From Phyllobates terribilis (lineage: Eukaryota), in the NCBI RefSeq assembly GCF_046119375.1, contig NW_027362767.1, positions 260,896,001 to 260,960,000 on the forward strand: a DNA stretch of 64,000 bases, read 5' to 3'. The first letter of the stretch is position 1; each line of letters opens with the position of its first letter. The position numbers were made by a program, and so were the translations under genes. Shown in pieces: positions 12,780 to 23,744 of the stretch. The notes beneath the pieces were generated by a model that was given only the letters and a program-made list of their open reading frames with translations, made no database searches and was not told the DNA's origin.

Positions 12780-14150
12780 TAAATGTTTGTCAGCCCTTAC
12801 ACTTAGTGCATGGGCATTACAAGTACAGGAGACCTGCTCCTTTGTATTGGCAACATTTTTTCATGAGGCCCTCCTCCACGTCTCTTCCAAGGGGCATTGG
12901 AGTGCCTCCTAATTTTTGGCAGCCCTTGCATTCACTGCATAGGCCAACACTATGGGAGACCCACTTCCTAATGATGGGTACATTTTTTCATGAGGCCCTC
13001 TACGTCTTTTCCAAGGGCATTGGAGTGCCTCCCAATTTTTGGCAACCCTTGCATTCACTTCATAGGCAAACATAATGGGAAACCCACTTCCTAATAATGG
13101 GAACATTGTTTTCAGGAGGCCCTCTGACCTCCACGTCTCTTCCAAGGGGCATTGGAGTGCCTACAAATTTTTTGCAGCCCTTGCATTCACTGCATAGGCC
13201 AACACTATGGGAGACCCACTTCCTAATAATGGTAACATTTTTTTCATGAGGCCCTCTACGTCTCTTCCAAGGGCATTGGAGTGCCTCCCAATTTTTGGCA
13301 ACCCTTGCATTTACTTCATAGGCAAACACAATGGGAAACCCACTTCCTAATAATGGGAACATTGTTTTCAGGAGGCCCTCTGACCTCCACGTCTCTTCCA
13401 AGGGGCATTGGAGTGCCTCCCAATTTTTGGCACCCCTTGCATTCATTGCATAGGCCAATACTATGGGAGACCCACTTCCTAATAATGGGAACATTTTTTC
13501 ATGAGGCCCTCTACGTCTCTTCCAAGGGGCATTGGAGTGCCTCACAATTTTTGGCAACCTTTGCATTCACTGCATAGGCCAACACTATGGGAGACCCATT
13601 TCCTAATAATGGGAACATTTTTTCAAGAGGCCCTCTACGTCTCTTCCAAGGGGCATTGGAGTGCCTCCCAATTTTTGGCAGCCCTTGCATTCACTGCATA
13701 GGCCAACACTATGGGAGACCCACTTCCTAATAATGGGAACATTTTTTCATGAGGCCCTCTATGTCTCTTCCAAGGGGCACTGGAGTGCCTCACAATTTTT
13801 GGCAACCTTTGCATTCACTGCATAGGCCAACACTATGGGAGACCCACTTCCTAATAATGGGAACATTATTTTCAGGAGGCCCTCTGACCTCCAGGTCTCT
13901 TCCAAGGGGCATTGGAGTGCCTCCCAATTTTTTGCAACCCTTGTATTCACTGCATAGTCCAACACTATGGGAGACCCACTTCCTAATAGTGGGAACATTG
14001 TTTTCAGGAGACCCTCCTGTAAGTCTCTTCAAAGGGGTATTGGGTGCATCCAAATTTTCAAAGGGGTATTGGGGTGCGTCCAAATTTTTGGCAGCCCTGC
14101 CACTCACTACATACGCAATAACAGTATAGGAGACCCACTCTTTAGTAATG
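12780..14150. repeat. About 120-133-bp tandem repeat (about 11 copies) in the right subterminal region of the hAT
   Basis: Recurring GGGCATTGGAGTGCCTCCCAATTTTTGGCA...CACTGCATAGGCCAACACTATGGGAGACCCACTTCCTAATAATGGGAAC. Confidence 0.9.
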
Positions 14151-14264
14151 GGAACAACAAAGCCTAGCCAGCTGATGGCTCTCTAAGAATAGTGAGGGCC
14201 AACTGCTGGCCCTTTAAGAATAGTAAAGGCTGCCTGATGGCCCTATAAAAATAGGCTTTGTGAC

Positions 14265-14540
14265 TTATTATTATTATTTATTATTATAGAGCCATTTATT
14301 CCATGGTGCTTTACATGTGAAAAAGGGGTATACATACATGAACTATTATAAAGATTTTTAACAAAACGTGACGACTGGTACAGGAGGAGCGAGGACCCTG
14401 CCCGTGAGGGCTCACAATCTAAAAGGGATAGGTGTGGATACAGTAGGTGAGGGTAGAGCTGGTCGTGCAGCAGTGTGGTGGAGCAATGGTTACTGCAGGC
14501 TTGTCAGAAGAGGTGAGTCTTCAGGTTCCTTTTGAAGGTT
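14265..14540 (-). mobile_element. L2 LINE 3' fragment inside the hAT
   Basis: (TTA)n tail at its left end. Reverse complement of the 3' end of the L2 at 35258-36298. Confidence 0.8.
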
Positions 14541-17500
14541 GTCCCTCCTTCATAAATGAAACAGGATGTGTCTGATCATGTCTTAAACACACCACATGGC
14601 CAAATAAGGTTGTAAAATGTTAAAATGACATTTCCCAGTGAATGCGTTTGTCACGGTTGAAAGCAATGCAAAAGTGCAAAAACGCATCAAAAACGCTACG
14701 TGTGAACATAGCCCAAGGTGTGGAGGAGTATTTTTGTTTTTGGCTATTTATTTTGCCTTATATACAAGTCATTACCCTGGAAAGGATGTTCCTTAACATA
14801 CTTCCCAGGAAAATCCATTTTAGTTTCGTTTTAGTATGTTTTATTGTGAGTCCGTAAAAGTGGCGTAATACTCTGACAACATTGTTGACAGCAGTGACCT
14901 GGGAGTCAGAAATGCTTCCATGGGTCTTCCCCATGCAGTCCCCATGCCATTTTAGCACTGTTCCCATTGATTTGGGCAATTTTTAGGCCCTCTGCAGACT
15001 GCTGGGGGGAGACGCCTGAAAAATGCTCGTGTTTCCTGAGCACCTGAGTATTTCAATGTGCTCGACCCGAGCAACGAGCACCTGAGCATTTTAGTGCTCG
15101 CCCATCACTACTGAGCACATTAACAATGCGATACCAGACCCTTTAAAAGTAAAAAAATCTGGTTTATCTAAACATTTCCATGACATTCACCAAGGAAATT
15201 GTTCCACTCTATCAATCACAGGCATAGAGAGAGTTAACCGTTCGGCAAGAGGTGGGGATTGGTTGGGGCTTCAAACAAGAAGCCTTCTGGATTTTTCATC
15301 TAACCACCAGATTCCCCAGTGAGATAAATTCTAAAAATGATTTAATGTACCTTTATTAAAATGTTTTATTATTATAAGAAAATATACATTGTCTTTTGCT
15401 ACTTTGAGAAACTTGTATCAGGTTTATCCATAGAAGAGAACTGTAAATACTATATTCATTTTAAAAACATTGTCTGTTAACAAAAAACATGCATATAAAA
15501 CAGCAGCACGTGTTAGCTTCAGTTCATCTGAACAGGACTCGTGACGATCTCTCTCATTACACTGATACAAGTGGCTCAGACACAAGTCAGATGGCTGCGT
15601 GAATAATCCAAGGTTTAGCTCTGATAATACTACTCAGAGCACCATACACTCTAATTTTTCAAAAAATGACCCGGGCATAGGGCAGGGAAGAAACACAAGA
15701 AAAACAACCCCTACTCAACTCGAAACAAGAGATAGGTGCATGTGTTTCTGACCCATCCCATTCAGCCGAGAGATTCACAGTTCTGAATTTATCAGCTAAT
15801 ATCCTCACATCAGACCAAATACACATTCTTTCTAAAGGTCTAAATTTTGTACCTTCTAATAATACTAATATATTTAATACTATTATGGACATAAATAAAT
15901 TTATGAGGCTTTTAATGATCAAATGTATTTTTTTCAATGAGGATTCAACTAATAATGACATACAGCATTCACAACTGGATAATCCATCCTGTGAATTTTA
16001 TCCTTTCAAGAAAAATGCTCCATTAACACTCTAACGGATTTGAGCAACCGACATAAAGATGATGTGGATAATAATCTTCTGGTTTTTCATGTTCCTAATA
16101 CTAAATTTTACCCTATTAATACCAGGGTATCAGCTATGGACAATTTTCAACAAATCACAGAAAGGGACTTGAAAGAATATTTTTCCATCCAAAAAAAGAT
16201 AGAATCTAACTGTCACAGGTGTATCAAGTATGACAGATAGTTGTTCTGGATCCGGCTGTAGAAGGTCACTGCGTTTGGCTTTGCAGATGCCTTCTTGATC
16301 CTTTTATCTCTGTAGTGTAGTGATATCCTTCTCCCTTTAGGACCTAGCAGTGACTTAGACCTTCTGCTGCTAATTGACACACCCTTGCTTGATAGTTAAA
16401 AACTCTCAGTGTCTCCAGAGAGTCGCCGGTGATACTCCAGGCTTGGGCAGAGGAAAATAGTACTTGCAGTTGGCTAGTTTCTTCTTGGAGTTCCTTTGAG
16501 GATTGTTGTCGTGATCTCTCTGGTGTTTTCTCAAGCTAAGTGTATTCCCTTTGTCTGTTTACCTTGTTGTCTTTAGTTGCAGTGGGGGCTGACTAGTGCT
16601 CACCCTGTCCCCTCCCTATCTAGGGCCTAGCTCTAGGGACATTCAGGGATTAGGTTTCTTGCTCGGCGATAGGTGCGGCACCTATTTAGGGACGATAGGG
16701 CAGTCAGGGTGATATTAGATCTGGCTAGGGGTCTCCACTCCCCCTTCCCATCATTGTACACTCGATCTTTCCCTCACCCAGCATGACATTATCACCGGCC
16801 ATTTATAAAGAAAAAAAAACTTGATACATGTTTTTTTTGTGTGTTTTTTTTCTCTCCCCTGGTTCATGGATCCCGTTGCAATGCTGGCAGAGCAGCTGCG
16901 GAGGCTGTCACTGGAGGTGAATGACCTTCGATCTGAGGTTTAGCAGCAACGTCAGCGGCTGCAGACTCCTGATGTTGGGGACTCTGCGTGTAGGTCGGTC
17001 CAGCTTGAACCCAAAGCCTGTCCAGCCTGTCCCTCGTTTACTAAGCAAAAAGAAACTTGATTAACCCTTGGTAGTATGCAGTTGGATAATCAGGGGGTGG
17101 GTTTGTAGTCAACCTGCAGTTCTCGGTTTGTCCTGACACCAAAGGTGGTGCTAGAGAGCAGGACTGAGAAAATTTTGTAGACAGTGGAGCTGGAGTCAGC
17201 ATGGTTAATGCTGAGTTTGTGAGAACTCATGGGCTTGCTTGCTGTACTTTGGCTAAGCCCATTCCTATTTATGCCATTGACTTAGCACCACTTGCACAGA
17301 AGGATCTGACTCAGATTGTACATAATATAAGACTGAGGGTGGGGTCTTTTCATTATGAGGTAAATCATTGTCATGTTCTGGACTCCGATTGAACTGTGTC
17401 TACCCTAGTTGGTGAAACATAATCTGATATTGGATTGGCAATCCAGCGAGATTGTTGAATGGGGAGATTACTGCCATGAGAACTGCTTAAACATTTCCCT

Positions 17501-18097
17501 TTCTGCAATCTCTACGGAGACATTACCTGCATTTTTGTCTGGTTTTGAGGACATATTTTTTGAGAAGGGGTGTCATGATTTGTCTCCTCATCATTCATAT
17601 GACTATCCTATTAACCTGACCTGTGAGCTAAACGACCAAAATCCAGTCTGTATAATCTTTCTGGCCCTGAGAGACAAGCCATGAAGTATTTCATTGCTGA
17701 GAGTCTGGAGAAGGGACATATCAGACCCTCATCTTCGCCCGTGGCGGCAGGGCTCTTCTTCGTGAAGAAAAAAGATGGCGGTCTCCGTCCCTGTTTATAT
17801 TTCCAGGAATTGAATCAAATTACCATCCGAGATCCTCACCCTCTTCCTCTGATTCCAGATTTGTTCACCAAGGTTGTGGGAGCCAAGATGTTCTCCAAGT
17901 TGGATTTAAGGGGGGCCTACAATCTGGTAAGAATCAGAGAAGGGAATGAATGGAAAAAGGCGTTCAATACCCCTAAGGAGCATTTCGAGAGTCTGGTTAT
18001 GCTTTTTGGTCTGACCAATGCACCCGTTGTGTCCCAGCATTTCATAAATGATATTTTCCATCATTTGGTGGGTAGGTTTGTGGTGGACTATCTAGAT

Positions 18098-20098
18098 CAG
18101 GGGTCTCAAACACGCGGCCCGCGGGCTGCATGCGGCCCCTCCGGCTGCTTCTTGCGGCCCGCAGGCATCAGCGCTGTAGCGCAGTGTATTGCCGCGCAGA
18201 GACCGGCTCTCTGCACAGCAATACCAGTGTCAGCCGCCGGCCTATCAGAGGCCGGCAGCTGACCTCTGCGCATGGCAGTGACGTCATACGCCGCTGCGCT
18301 GGGACGCAGATGTCAGCTGCTGGCCTCTGATAGGCCGGCGGCTGGCACTGGTATTGCTGTGCAGAGAGCCGGTCTCTGCGTGGCAATACACTGCGCTACA
18401 GCGCTGATGTCGGCGGTGGCTGCAGAGAGCCGCGATCGTTACGGGGTCTGTGCCTGCGGGCCACAGGTGCATAAAGGACGCCGAGGGAACGGAGGACAGG
18501 TGAGAATCTTTTTTCTCTGTCATGTGAAATACAGCACAGGGGGGCACTGTGCGCAGTATTGGGGGACGGGGACCCTGACCGCAGTATGGGGGGACGGGGA
18601 CCCTGACCGCAGTATGGGGGGACGGGGACCCTGACCGCAGTATGGGGGGGACGGGGACCCTGACCGCAGTATGGGGGGAACCTGGATGGGGGACATGTCT
18701 GCAAGATAAGGACCAGGATGGGGGACCATGTCTGTAATATGGGGGACCTGGATGGGGGACCATGTCTGTAATATGGGGGGCCTGGATGGGAGACCATGTC
18801 TGCAATATGTGGACCATGTCTGCAATATGGGGGACCAAGATGGGGGACCGTGTCTGCAATATGGGGCACCATGTCTACAATATGGGGGACCTGGATGGGG
18901 GACCATATCTACAATATGGGGGACCTGGATGGGAGACCATGTCTGCAATATGGGGACCATGTCTGCAATATGGGGGACCTGGATGGGGGACCATGTCTGC
19001 AATATGGGGGACCATGTTTGCAATATGGGGGACCTGGATGGGGGACCATGTCTGCAATATGGGGGACCATGTTAGTAATATGGGGGACCTGGATGGGGGA
19101 CCATATCTGCAATATGGGGGACCTGGATGGGGGACCATGTCTGCAATATGGGGGACCATGTTTGTAATATGGGGGACGTGGATGGGAGACCATGTCTGCA
19201 TTATGGGGAACCTGGATGGGAGACCATGTCTGCAATATGGGGAACCTGGATGGGAGACCATGTCTGCAATATGAGGGACCTGGATGGGAGACCATGTCTG
19301 CAATATGGGGGACCTGGATGGGAGACCATGTCTGCAGTATGGGGGACCTGGATGGGAGATCATGTCTGCAGTATGGGGGACCATGTCTGCAGGATGGGAG
19401 ACTATGTCTGCAGTATGGGGGACCTGGATGGGAGACCATGTCTACAGTATGGGGCACCTGGATGAGAGACCATGTCTGCAGTATGGGGGACCTGGATGGG
19501 AGACCGTGTCTGCAGTATGGGGGACCTGGATGGGAGACCATGTCTGCAGTATGGGGGACCTGGATGGGAGACCATGTCTGCAGTATGGGGGACCTGGATG
19601 GGAGACCATGTCTGCAGTATGGGGGACCTGGATGGGAGACCATGTCTACAGTATGGGGGACCTGGATGGGAGACCATGTCTGCAGTATGGGGGACCTGGA
19701 TGGGAGACCATGTCTGCAGTATGGGTGACAAGGATGGGAGACCATGTCTGCAGTATGGGGGACCTGGATGGGAGACCATGTCTGCAGTATGGGGGACCTG
19801 GATGGGAGACCATGTCTGCAGTATGGGGGACCTGGATGGGAGACCAAGTCTGCAGTATGGGGTACCTGGATGGGAGACCATGTCTGCAGTATGGGGGACC
19901 TGGATGGGAGACCATGTCTGCAGTATGGGGGACCTTAAGGGGAGACCATGTCTGCAAGATGAGGACCAGTTCAAAAGGTGTATAGAAAATAAAATGGTAT
20001 CACTAAAAATGTCACTTTGTCATGCAAATAATGCGGCCCCCCAAATTAAATGTTTTTCCGTGTGCGGCCCATATGCCCAGTTGAGTTTGAGACCCCTG
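18098..20098. mobile_element. Non-autonomous hAT (Charlie-type) element, 2001 bp, with a large internal minisatellite
   Basis: TIR CAGGGGTCTCAAAC at both ends. Perfect 8-bp TSD ATCTAGAT at 18090-18097 and 20099-20106. Confidence 0.95.
18555..19945. repeat. G-rich minisatellite: short GGGGACCCTGACCGCAGTATGG units, then a 34-bp unit GGGGGACCTGGATGGGAGACCATGTCTGCAGTAT
   Basis: The period of 34 is directly countable and yields the 34-aa periodic spurious ORFs. Confidence 0.92.
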
Positions 20099-21048
20099 AT
20101 CTAGATGATATTTTGGTTTACTTACCTGATTTTGAGACTCATCAGGGGCATGTTAAACAGGTGCTTCAGATATTAAGGGATAACAAACTGTATGCCAAAC
20201 TAGAGAAATGCGTTTTCGCTGTCCAGGAGGTGCAGTTTTTGGGGTACTTGTTGTCATCTTCGGGTTTTCGGATGGATCCGGAGAAGATCCGTGCTGTACT
20301 TGATTGGGACCGCCCCGAGAACCAGAAAGCATTGCAGAGCTTTCTGGGCTTTACTAATTTTACCGGAAATGTATTCAAAATTATTCGGTAATTGTGAAAC
20401 CCCTCGCTGACATGACAAGGAAGGGTTCTGATTTTTCTAAGTGGTCGAATGCCCAGCAGGCTTTTTCCTCCCTAAAGAGATGTTTTGCCACAGCAGCTAT
20501 AATCAGTCAGCCTGATGTTTCTCAATCTTTTATCGTAGAAGTTGATGTGTGGAGGTGGGGGTTGGGGCTGTGTTGTCTCAGAGTAAGTCCCTTGGTAAAT
20601 GGCGTCCATGCACTTTCTTTTCCACAAAATTATCTTCGCCTGAGAGAAATTATGACATGGATAATAGGGAGCTTTTGGCGATTAAACTGGCATTCAAAGA
20701 ATGGCGACATTTGTTGGAGGGGACAGCCCATCCTATTACTATAATCACAGACCATAAAAACCTGTCATATCTTCAGTCTGCTAAACCTATTTTTTACTAG
20801 GTTCAATTTTGTTGTCAGTTTCTGTCCAGGAGTTACAAACATCAAGGCTGATGCTTTATCCCGGAGCTTCGCTGGTGGTGGTGACCATGAGAACCATGCC
20901 CCAATTTTGCAGAAGGGGGCAGTCATTTCAGTGTTGTACCCAGCCAGACCTGGAGGGTGAGGTGTTGGAGGCTCAGGGGGACGCCCCTGCCTCCTGCCCT
21001 TCGGGGAGGTTATTTGTACCATCTAATCTGCGCCATAAAGTTATTAAG

Positions 21049-21186
21049 AGATAGATGCTGGAAAAATAAGTTGTTTCTGCGCTTTATAGGTGTTGCGTCC
21101 CACACAACCCTACCAGGTGAGCAGTTTTTAATACTTCTGTAACAATTATTAATTGGATAAGACCCTATTGCGCTCTTGCATTTTTT
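21049..21186. mobile_element. Unclassified 138-bp insertion with a 14-15-bp TSD
   Basis: CATAAAGTTATTAA(G) occurs at 21034-21048 and 21187-21200. Removing the insert and the piggyBac restores LRHKVIKEHHNSVFAGHPGG. Confidence 0.7.
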
Positions 21187-21200
21187 CATAAAGTTATTAA

Positions 21201-23744
21201 CCCTCCGTCACATACAATATCGGTTCTAACGAGTTCACATACAATGTGACTGTCAGGCGCAGGCTAGAAAAATACCTATAATATCTAATATTTGCAATTT
21301 CAGTGCTCTAAAAGTGATCAGTGACCTTCATAGGGATGTAATAAAAGAGACTACACATAATCAGGTGCAAAAAAACCCCATTTACTTAACATAAAACTAA
21401 TAACTCTGAAATACAAACATTTCAAAACTCCCGCCAAATAGTCCCCAGTTCGACTCTGTCAAAAAACTCTACAAAGAAAATTTATGGAAACAAACTTAAT
21501 TTTAAGGTACCTTAAGTACTATTAAACACATATTCAATCAGAATTAGATCCTGAAGTTTCCCCAGAAAAATTACACTTGCAGAGCAAAGAGCAAGAATTA
21601 CACATCATTTTTGCATGTGTCAGGCAGATTGCATTATGACATTTGTGACATTCATAATTAGAAAGCCTTCTGATTCCGCTTTCCGTGGTGCAGGTGGTGC
21701 CTCTCCTTTTGGGAGGTGGTGCAGGTGGTGCATCTCCTTCTTTTGGGAGGTGGTGCAGGTGGTGAATTTTCACTATCATCTTCTGGGCGGAATCTTTTGA
21801 GCTGAACTTGAAGGCGAGAGGGGATACCGATTGTTTTCATACTTCTCCTGCGTAGCTCTCCAAGCACTAGTTCATGGGCCAATTTTTTCAGATAGAATCG
21901 TCTACGGAGTGGTTCAAGCTTGATTTCAAGGTAAATGACTTGTGAATTTATACCACCCAAATTCAACATAGCAAAAAATATGACCATTGGCCAGCGTTTG
22001 GTGTTTCTGCTGACGTTGAAAGTTGAGCACATCTGATCAGCTGTATCAACACCCCCTTTGGTTGCATTATAAAATGTAATTATCTCCGGGTTTTTTTGTG
22101 CCTCAGTCCCAGGATCGATGGCATCATCATCATGAAGTGTTGATAGAAGAAGTACAATTTTTTTTGCTTGTGGTACATAAGAAACCAAAACCTTTCCATT
22201 ATGGAATGCAAACATACTGCTGTACTGTTGTCTCCCTTTCACACTTACAAACTGTGTAGGCAATTCTTTTTTATTTTTTCTTACAGTTCCGACATATGAA
22301 AGCTTCTGCATTTTCAGATAATCAATCAGATCACAATTTGAAAACCAATTGTCAGCTGTTATATTGCGACCCGATCCAAATAAGGGCTCAGCCAGTCTTT
22401 TTACAACATCACTGGGTTTATTGCTGACACAGTAAGGACCTTCTGGTTATTTTCCTGCATAAACTTCCAGGTTGTAAGTGTAGGTCTTACTGGCATCAAC
22501 AAGGGCATACATTTTTATTCCATATTTGTTAGGCTTTGATGGAATATATTGACGAAAGGCACATTTACCACGAAAACCAGGGAGCATTTCGTCAATAGTG
22601 AGATTCTCCCCAGGGCAATAGCTTTTTTTTACAGTTTTCAACAAATTTTTGGAATATATCACGAATTGGAGCAAGTCGGTCATGTGTTTTACGTTCGGTT
22701 CGGGTAGTTCTGTCGTCAAACCGAAGGCAACGAATTAGAAGCTTGAATCTGTTTATGGACATAACAAGGCCAAATATTTCAACTCCATCCCCACCTTTAC
22801 TCCAAAGTTCCTCCAAACTTTGTCTATTTGCCCTATAAGCTCCTGCAAGGTATAATAATCCAAAAAAAGCACGCAGTTCTATTTCATTTGTGGCCTTGAT
22901 GGTTCTGTTGCAGATGAACTTGTCCTTTATAATGTCTATATATTGGTTGGTATATGTGACAATAGAGTCCAGAATGTCATCTGTGAATAAACTATTCCAG
23001 CATTCAACTGCAGTTTTTGCATTACTTGCAGTTCCTATAACTGCAGGAAGGTGAGTAATAATGTTTTGAGGTTCCCTACGTTTTTTCTGGAGTGGCTTCT
23101 TGTTCCATTGTTTTTTTTTTATCTTTTCCCATATAATAAGATTCTACATCTTCATCCTCATCACTGTCACCATCTTGCTCTGTTTCAGAATCCACTTCAC
23201 ATACTTCCACCTCATCATGAGAATCAATCTCACTTTCCTCTCCTAAATCCTCATTCAGTGTGGGGTCTGCATCATCTAACAGCATGTTTGTTACTTCCTC
23301 AACATCAAGGTTTTTTGATAAATTGTACATTTTCCTCTCCATTTCAGCAGATAATCTGAAGCAAGAGAAGGAATATGTGTTAGGGAACTACTGTATATGC
23401 CTGAGCAGCACACTTTCTTTTTAATCTGCCTTATTTCTAAGAAATATCCTCACACTTTGTGCTATACATTCATAAAACAAGCTAAATAAACAATTGTGAT
23501 GAATAAAAACATAAAATACCAACCTTATTGAGTGTGACGTGTTCACATACAATGAGCCTGAGAGATTAGCGCAGTTATATCTGTCCTCCTGAAGCTCTGC
23601 AATCCAACTGTGGTATGAGGTTTCACAGAGCTGCTAGAGACAGGAGACTACCTGGAGGGAGGGGATTTCCTCACAATCTGGTGAGGAAGGAGAAATGAAA
23701 GTAAAAGAGATGTGCCTGTCAGGCCTATTGTATGTGACGGAGGG
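21201..23744 (-). mobile_element. Near-complete piggyBac transposon (2544 bp)
   Basis: TTAA TSDs and a perfect 19-bp TIR CCCTCCGTCACATACAATA. Transposase motifs: TIDEMLPGFRGKC, NITADNWF, YNATKGGVDTADQ, and a C-terminal Cys-rich domain. Confidence 0.95.

Larger units (their letters stand above)
7947..15110 (+). mobile_element. Full-length (7164 bp) hAT transposon, decayed
   Basis: TIR TAGTGATGAGCGAGCA versus reverse complement TAGTGATGGGCGAGCA (15/16). Perfect 8-bp TSD CTGAGCAC at 7939-7946 and 15111-15118. Internal transposase present. Confidence 0.95.
7839..15350 (+). pseudogene. Penelope GIY-YIG endonuclease, split by the hAT insertion (coding pieces about 7839-7946 and 15119-15350)
   Basis: INCNTTHVIYSATCSLCDIQHIGCSSPKLKVRIAEH | INNAIPDPLKVKKSGLSKHFHDIHQG...(frameshift)AFWIFHLTTRFP. 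Confidence 0.85.

Noticed and set aside
12718-14167. Repeated 66-168-aa ORFs
   Set aside because: They are translations of the hAT subterminal tandem array.
14195-14220. ACT GCT GGC CCT TTA (TAGPL) as a possible MATE exon 1 end; also IAGPR at about 2225
   Set aside because: Neither has a GT donor or upstream MATE-like sequence, and both lie inside TEs.
18284-20104. Many 100-312-aa ORFs on both strands (G/W/M- or P/H-rich)
   Set aside because: They are translations of the 34-bp minisatellite; the 34-aa periodicity equals three repeat units.
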